Positions 58,501 to 64,000 of a stretch of 64,000 nucleotides of DNA are shown here, one piece after another. Each line of letters starts with the position of its first letter. Position 1 is the first letter of the stretch. The stretch spans positions 39,432,001 to 39,496,000 of the forward strand of contig OZ024745.1 of the NCBI GenBank assembly GCA_964016885.1, given 5' to 3'. Origin of the DNA: Eledone cirrhosa. Taxonomy: Eukaryota. The position numbers and the translations under genes were made by a program. The notes beneath the pieces are model-generated. The model saw only the letters and a list, made by a program, of their open reading frames with translations. It made no database searches and had not been told where the DNA came from.

Positions 58501-60807
58501 TGGATGTGTGTGTCTCTGCATTATAACGAAAGGTGGTTGTGTTGGTATCAGATAGACATGAAGTGTATAGCGCGTTGGAACCAGAGATGGTGATAGGTAG
58601 CGGCTGAACGAGATAGAGATATATACATTGTTGCATAGATTACTAAATAGATAAATAGAGAGAGACAGATATATATATAGAGAGAGAGAGAAAAAGAGAG
58701 AGAAAGGAAAATAGTGAATCAGAGGTGTAGGGAAAGATAGATATTTTGATTTGGAGAGAGAAAGCATGCATGGATGTATATTTCTCTTTGGAGATATGAT
58801 TCACAGGTTTTTGTGATCGAACATCGAACATATCGATTTGGAAAATTCATTCAGATGGATATTTTGTATTCATCTGAAAACTTTGTAGACTTTGCTGGAA
58901 ATATTTATGTTGCTCAATGATTTTGTTTTGTTTTTCGTATTTGTTTTGTTTTACATGTAGCATATATTTATATTTATTTCATTAATAGTTTTTTTATCGT
59001 TTTCTTTTTTACATACATCAATATTTTTGTAGCTGAAACTTCTCAAAGTATTTGGAAATAAAGTTTTGATACTGTATTTATATGATGTAACAATGGGAGC
59101 TTTTGTGAACAAGTATATTCCTCACAGTATTATAAAAAGTAACTCAACGTTCGCTTATCTATTGATTCCCGCTTATATTAATACCATTGCTGTTATATTA
59201 TTCACATAGTTAGATGGTATGAACTCCGAGGGGTAACTTCGCTATTTTCATCAAAGTGAAGGTATTAATTTACATTTTATATTGTATATGATGCTGTGCT
59301 ATGTTTCTACAGTCATCTGATAGATGGAAGATGCCACCGATAGTACATTCATGTTTTATTATATTGAGGTTGAGTGGATGATTTTTGGAGAATTTGAGCT
59401 TTTCAATTTTGCGGTTCCAATTTCTAATATCTGGTATCTTGGTTATGTCCTTTACGATTTTACGATAACCTTATGTCGAGAAAACATGAGTGCGAAGCTA
59501 GATTGGAGGAACTTCTGTGCAAATCCGTCGGGTGGATTTAATGTGCGATTCTGAGGGCGAACATTTCAAAATAGATTCAAGTTAATTCTCGTTGAGAATT
59601 TTAAGTGTTGATATCTCATAAAGACGTAGCTACTTGCATATTACATTTGTGAGGTTAAGTGATCGAAATAGAAGCCTTCTAATTGAAATGGACAACATAT
59701 TATTACTGAATATTAGGAACGCATTTCTGAAAAGATGCCTCGTTGTTCGAAAAGACAATGTGGCAATGTCATCAAGAGAACGTGTATATTATTGGAACCT
59801 CTGACAGTCTATGGATAAACGTTACAAACATCACTATGATCATTTTGGGTAAAGTGCGACAAAGCCATTTTGCACACAGACACTCACTATTTTGATGTGG
59901 GTATTTTGTGAAGGCAGTGAATTGTTAGAGGCCTTTGGGAGTTGATTGAATTATTCGCAGTAATCATTCTAATTGTTTTACTGAGTTTAAATCCCACCGC
60001 TAACAAGTCTGTCTTTAGAACTTTCAGGGATCGATAAATATATTTCATTCCCACGCCCTCAACATCTCGCTCACCAAACATCGTTTACATTCTCTGTGAT
60101 ATTCTCTGTTATTGATCATGAATGTGATGGACTCTGCTTAGCTAACGATCGCCGTATCACGACGTATGTCACTCTGCTTTCCCTACCACATCATGGATTA
60201 AGTGTTCATGGGTAGATCATTTGAAATTATATGGGGCATATATTGTCGTGTATAGTGCGATATTCAGGAATGATGAACCCTCATTTTAAAACGAAGTTCA
60301 TGGATATTTGTCACTTTTTTGTCTTGGATTACAAATATTTTAATGGGTTATATTATTCCGTTTATGAAAATAAAATTCATCAGTATTAAGGAATATTAAT
60401 GTCAAATGTAAGGAAAACTTAAAATCCCTCGATGTGTGTAAGCATACCTCTGTTTTAATAAATTTCTTCTTTAAAGAAAAAAATGTACTCGTATTTACCG
60501 AAACTTAAAATACTACTAAACCACCGGTGACCCGTTGGGTAACGTTCACTTCAAAATATTTCTTAATAATTATGTTCACTTAAAAATATTTTTTGAATGA
60601 TTAAAATATACACAGACATGTATATATTGTGAAATGAAACTGGAGACCTTATATATATAAGTTTGTGTATGCATATATATAAATGTGAGTGTGGGTATAC
60701 ATATCTAACCCAGAAAAAAGAGAGAGAAATAAAAAAGGAAAAATATATATTTTTCTTCATAATAAGTCTCTTTCCCCCTGTTTTCATATATATATATATA
60801 TATATAT

Positions 60808-61331
60808 TAAAATAAAGTTAAATAAAAGTCAAATGATTAAAATTTAGCTTCGTTTATTACTGCTATATATATTTCAGTGACAGCCATCTTTGGCTGTGAC
60901 CTCTTTAGGCAGTTTGAATTAGTATGGTATAGACAAGTACATATGTTGTTTAGGTGTATGATATTGTCAATACTCTGATATGCCCCGTTCCTTGCTGGGT
61001 TGTTAATTCACTGGGGTTGTTAGTTCCCCAGTGAATTAACAACCCAGCAAGGAACTGGGCATATCAGAGTATTGACAATATCATACACCTAAACAACATA
61101 TGTACTTGTCTATACCATACTAATTCAAACTGCCTGAAGAGGTCACAGCCAAAGATGGCTGTCACTGAAATATATATAGCAGTAATAAACGAAGCTAAAT
61201 TTTAATCATTTGACTTTTATTTAACTTTATTTTACACTACTCCGGAGTAACCAAACCAACCTGCGCACTTCGTCGAGTGCTCCAGCCTGCATACTGAGGT
61301 GTTGGTATACAACCAACATAAACTCAAAATA
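60808..61331 (+). mobile_element. Young fold-back hammerhead element (209 bp arms, 9 nt loop, ~97 bp tail) in (TA)n
   Basis: 60808-61016 is inverse to 61026-61234, with two mismatches seen. Confidence 0.9.
61129..61183 (+). ncRNA. Type I hammerhead ribozyme
   Basis: ACUGC CUGAAGA GGU-C-ACAGCCA-AAGA-UGGCUGU-C-ACU GAAA UAUAUA UA GCAGU; cleavage predicted after 61178. Confidence 0.88.
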
Positions 61332-61667
61332 TATATATATTAATATATATGGGTGTGTGTATATATATGTGGGTGTCGGTGATATATATACATTAGTCAT
61401 AGACCCCCTCCCACACACATATATACACCACCAGCTGTTTGTTCCATTTTCCTCCTCTGTCACTTCTGCCTCTTGCTATGCCTCTCTTTCAATCTACTCA
61501 CTTACAACCACAATCGCTTCTCTGCCTCTGTTTATGAAGCTACCCAGTAAACTCTATATCTCAGAAACCCATACTTTGATTTACGCGAAACTTGTTTTAT
61601 TCCATTTGTATTCTCATTTCAGTAGCAACTTCTTTTCAAAGTATTTTTCCATTATACGCCCTTGTAT

Positions 61668-62198
61668 GGGCCGTAACTCTATGCGTCAAAGCATGTCCTC
61701 CCACCCTCTACTGTTACTGCCAATCCACCGCCCTTATAATAATAATTGTTTCTACTTTTGGCACAAGGCCAGCAAATACACCAGTGTATTACTGGTACTT
61801 TATTTTATCGACCCCGTAAGGATGAAAAGCAAAGTTAACATCGGCGGGATTTGAACTCAGAATGGAAAGGGCCGTAACTCTTTGCGTCAAAGCATGGCGT
61901 CCGACCCTCTACCGATACTGCCAATCCACCGCCTTCATAATAATAATTGTTTCTAATTTTGTCACAAGCCCAGCAATTACCCAGTAGATTACAGGTAATA
62001 ATAATTGTTTCTACGTTAGGCACAATGCCAGCAATTATCCAGTGCATTACTGGTACTTTATTTTATCGACTCCGTAAGGATGAAAGGCAAAGTCAACCTC
62101 GGCGGGATTTGAACTCAGATCGTAAAGGGACGTAACTATGCTGGAAAGCATGGCGTCCGACCCTGTACCGATACTGCCAATCCACCGAATAATAATAA
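61668..62198 (-). mobile_element. Tandem SINE cluster (two full copies plus head and tail fragments)
   Basis: Family motifs separated by (AAT)n tails. Confidence 0.87.
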
Positions 62199-64000
62199 CA
62201 AATATGTTATGAACATTCTCCCCTCTTTCCAAGATTTCTTTAGTTTTTTTTTTTGTTAACTCTGTCTGTTCATTACTAAGATGTCATAAGTAAGCACTTA
62301 TAGTAGGCGATGAATAAGTCATACGTCAAAATGCATTGCGGTATATACACTTCTTTTGCAACCTGAGGTCAAAGTGCATTTGTTCCGGTTATTTATGGTT
62401 TGACTGCGTGTCTCGCTGTACCCTACCTGGGTATTAAACCTGATCTGTTACCAGGTTGAACACCAAGACTTGGGAATTAATTTCTTCCTAACGTCGTAAA
62501 ACTTTCGAATGTTCGAGAAAAGATCACGTGTAATGCCCATCCCTCCCGCACTATACAGGAATATAAATTAGGACTATCATTAGCAAAGTGTGTCACGTAA
62601 ATCTAAAATGCCAGCAAGTATCTTCTCGGTAATATCTTATTCATGACACGTTGGCAGATATAGAACATATCTTATATTATATATATTTTAATGTATTTTG
62701 TCTCTCGTTGCATTGAGTTCTATTTCTTATCGATTGATATTTTAATTAGCCTTAACGTAGATGTATTGATTGCCTGTAGGATGCTAGCGTGAAATCATTT
62801 GACCAATATTTCCTGATATGTTCGGAAATCACAATACTAAAAGGATTATGGATCAAATAATTTAATCTTAACTATTTCTGACATTATTAGCAATATTTAT
62901 TAGGTCCATATTTTTCCCGAAAGGAAAAAGAAAAGAAAAAATATATGAGAGAATATTTTATTGATAATTCAATACGTATACAGTATATATATTTTCCAAA
63001 ATTCTTCTATATTCTGAAATGTGTCAATTTCGAATTTATTTTGAACTTTTTAAAATATTTTAAAACAATTTTCCTCTTCCTAAATACATAAATTTCAGCT
63101 TCATGGTTACTAACGTTTTTGTGACATCACTATAGAAAATAAAAGATAAAAAGTTATGAAAATAAGAAAAGAAAAACAAAATACCGAAATGTTTAAATAT
63201 AAGGCAAACTGATAGATGATTGATTTCCTGTAGGTACAAAAATGTCAAATTTCACTTTTGTAATAAACAGATTTTAACGGAAAAGTGTTTTTATATGTGT
63301 GAGCCGATAACATGAATCTATGTTCTGGAGCGATGGTTCCGAATCATATTTTGTCGTATATACACATTTCCATATAACCTTTAATATACTAATTTCAATA
63401 ATGCCTTAAACGTAACAAAAATTACAAGGAGTATATATAAAAATAAATAATATACAAGGTTTCTTTATTAACTCAAGTAGCTTTCCGTGAAATACTGGTG
63501 ATTCCTCATAAGCGGTTAGGGTTACACTTTTATAAAAATAACACGAAATATACCATTTTAAACATTACTGGGAGATACAATCTGTTCTTTGAAATGAAAA
63601 GTTGACTCTACTAAAAATGAAAACCTAATAATGTGGCACCAAATTTCATACAAAAATCTGCTATATGATTAAAATAGAGGCTAGCAAATTCTAAAAGACA
63701 GTGACGAAATGGTAATTATAAATGCATTTGCCATTAAATATAATTGATAAAATAATTGTAAGTTTCGGTTAGCCATAATTCGTGCAAAATTCAACAACAC
63801 ACCAAAACATTATATCATCGTAGTTTCAGAATCGACCCCAAGACGTGCCATTTGAGAGAAAGCTTATCAAGCATAGGATATGACATGCGTTTGCATTTCG
63901 TTTGTGTCAGTGACGCCAATGGGGTACAATATGGCATACTGGCATAATCAGCTCTCCATTAAATGGAGTACAACCCAGATATTATTTCAGAAACGCAAGT

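Overview
AT-rich, microsatellite-dense animal genomic DNA. An octopus or other coleoid cephalopod is inferred from the repeat content, not proven. No host gene was recognised, and the long Ile/Tyr ORFs are (TA)n artefacts. The window is a retroelement cluster partitioned by microsatellite type. (1) At 14.8-35 kb, (ATT/TAA)n arrays hold four degenerate R4/Dong-type RLE LINEs and one apparently intact, GC-rich Tx1/L1-clade element (27783-33810; ORF1 698 aa, ORF2 1139 aa). (2) An RTE-type LINE with an inverted 5' part lies at 38.1-40.8 kb. (3) There are many copies of one tRNA-derived SINE, a Helitron-like element and a probable DIRS relic. (4) The most interesting signal is about ten short non-coding elements from several sequence families, embedded in (TA)n. 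They share one architecture: inverted arm P', spacer, arm P, then an unpaired 40-100 bp tail T. Several contain type I hammerhead ribozyme folds, always in the P-to-T sense (clearest at 8063-8156, 35918-35960, 44213-44277 and 61129-61183). In one element the inverted copy begins exactly at the predicted cleavage site. These look like non-autonomous Penelope-like or retrozyme-like elements targeting (TA)n. All alignments and folds were done by eye.
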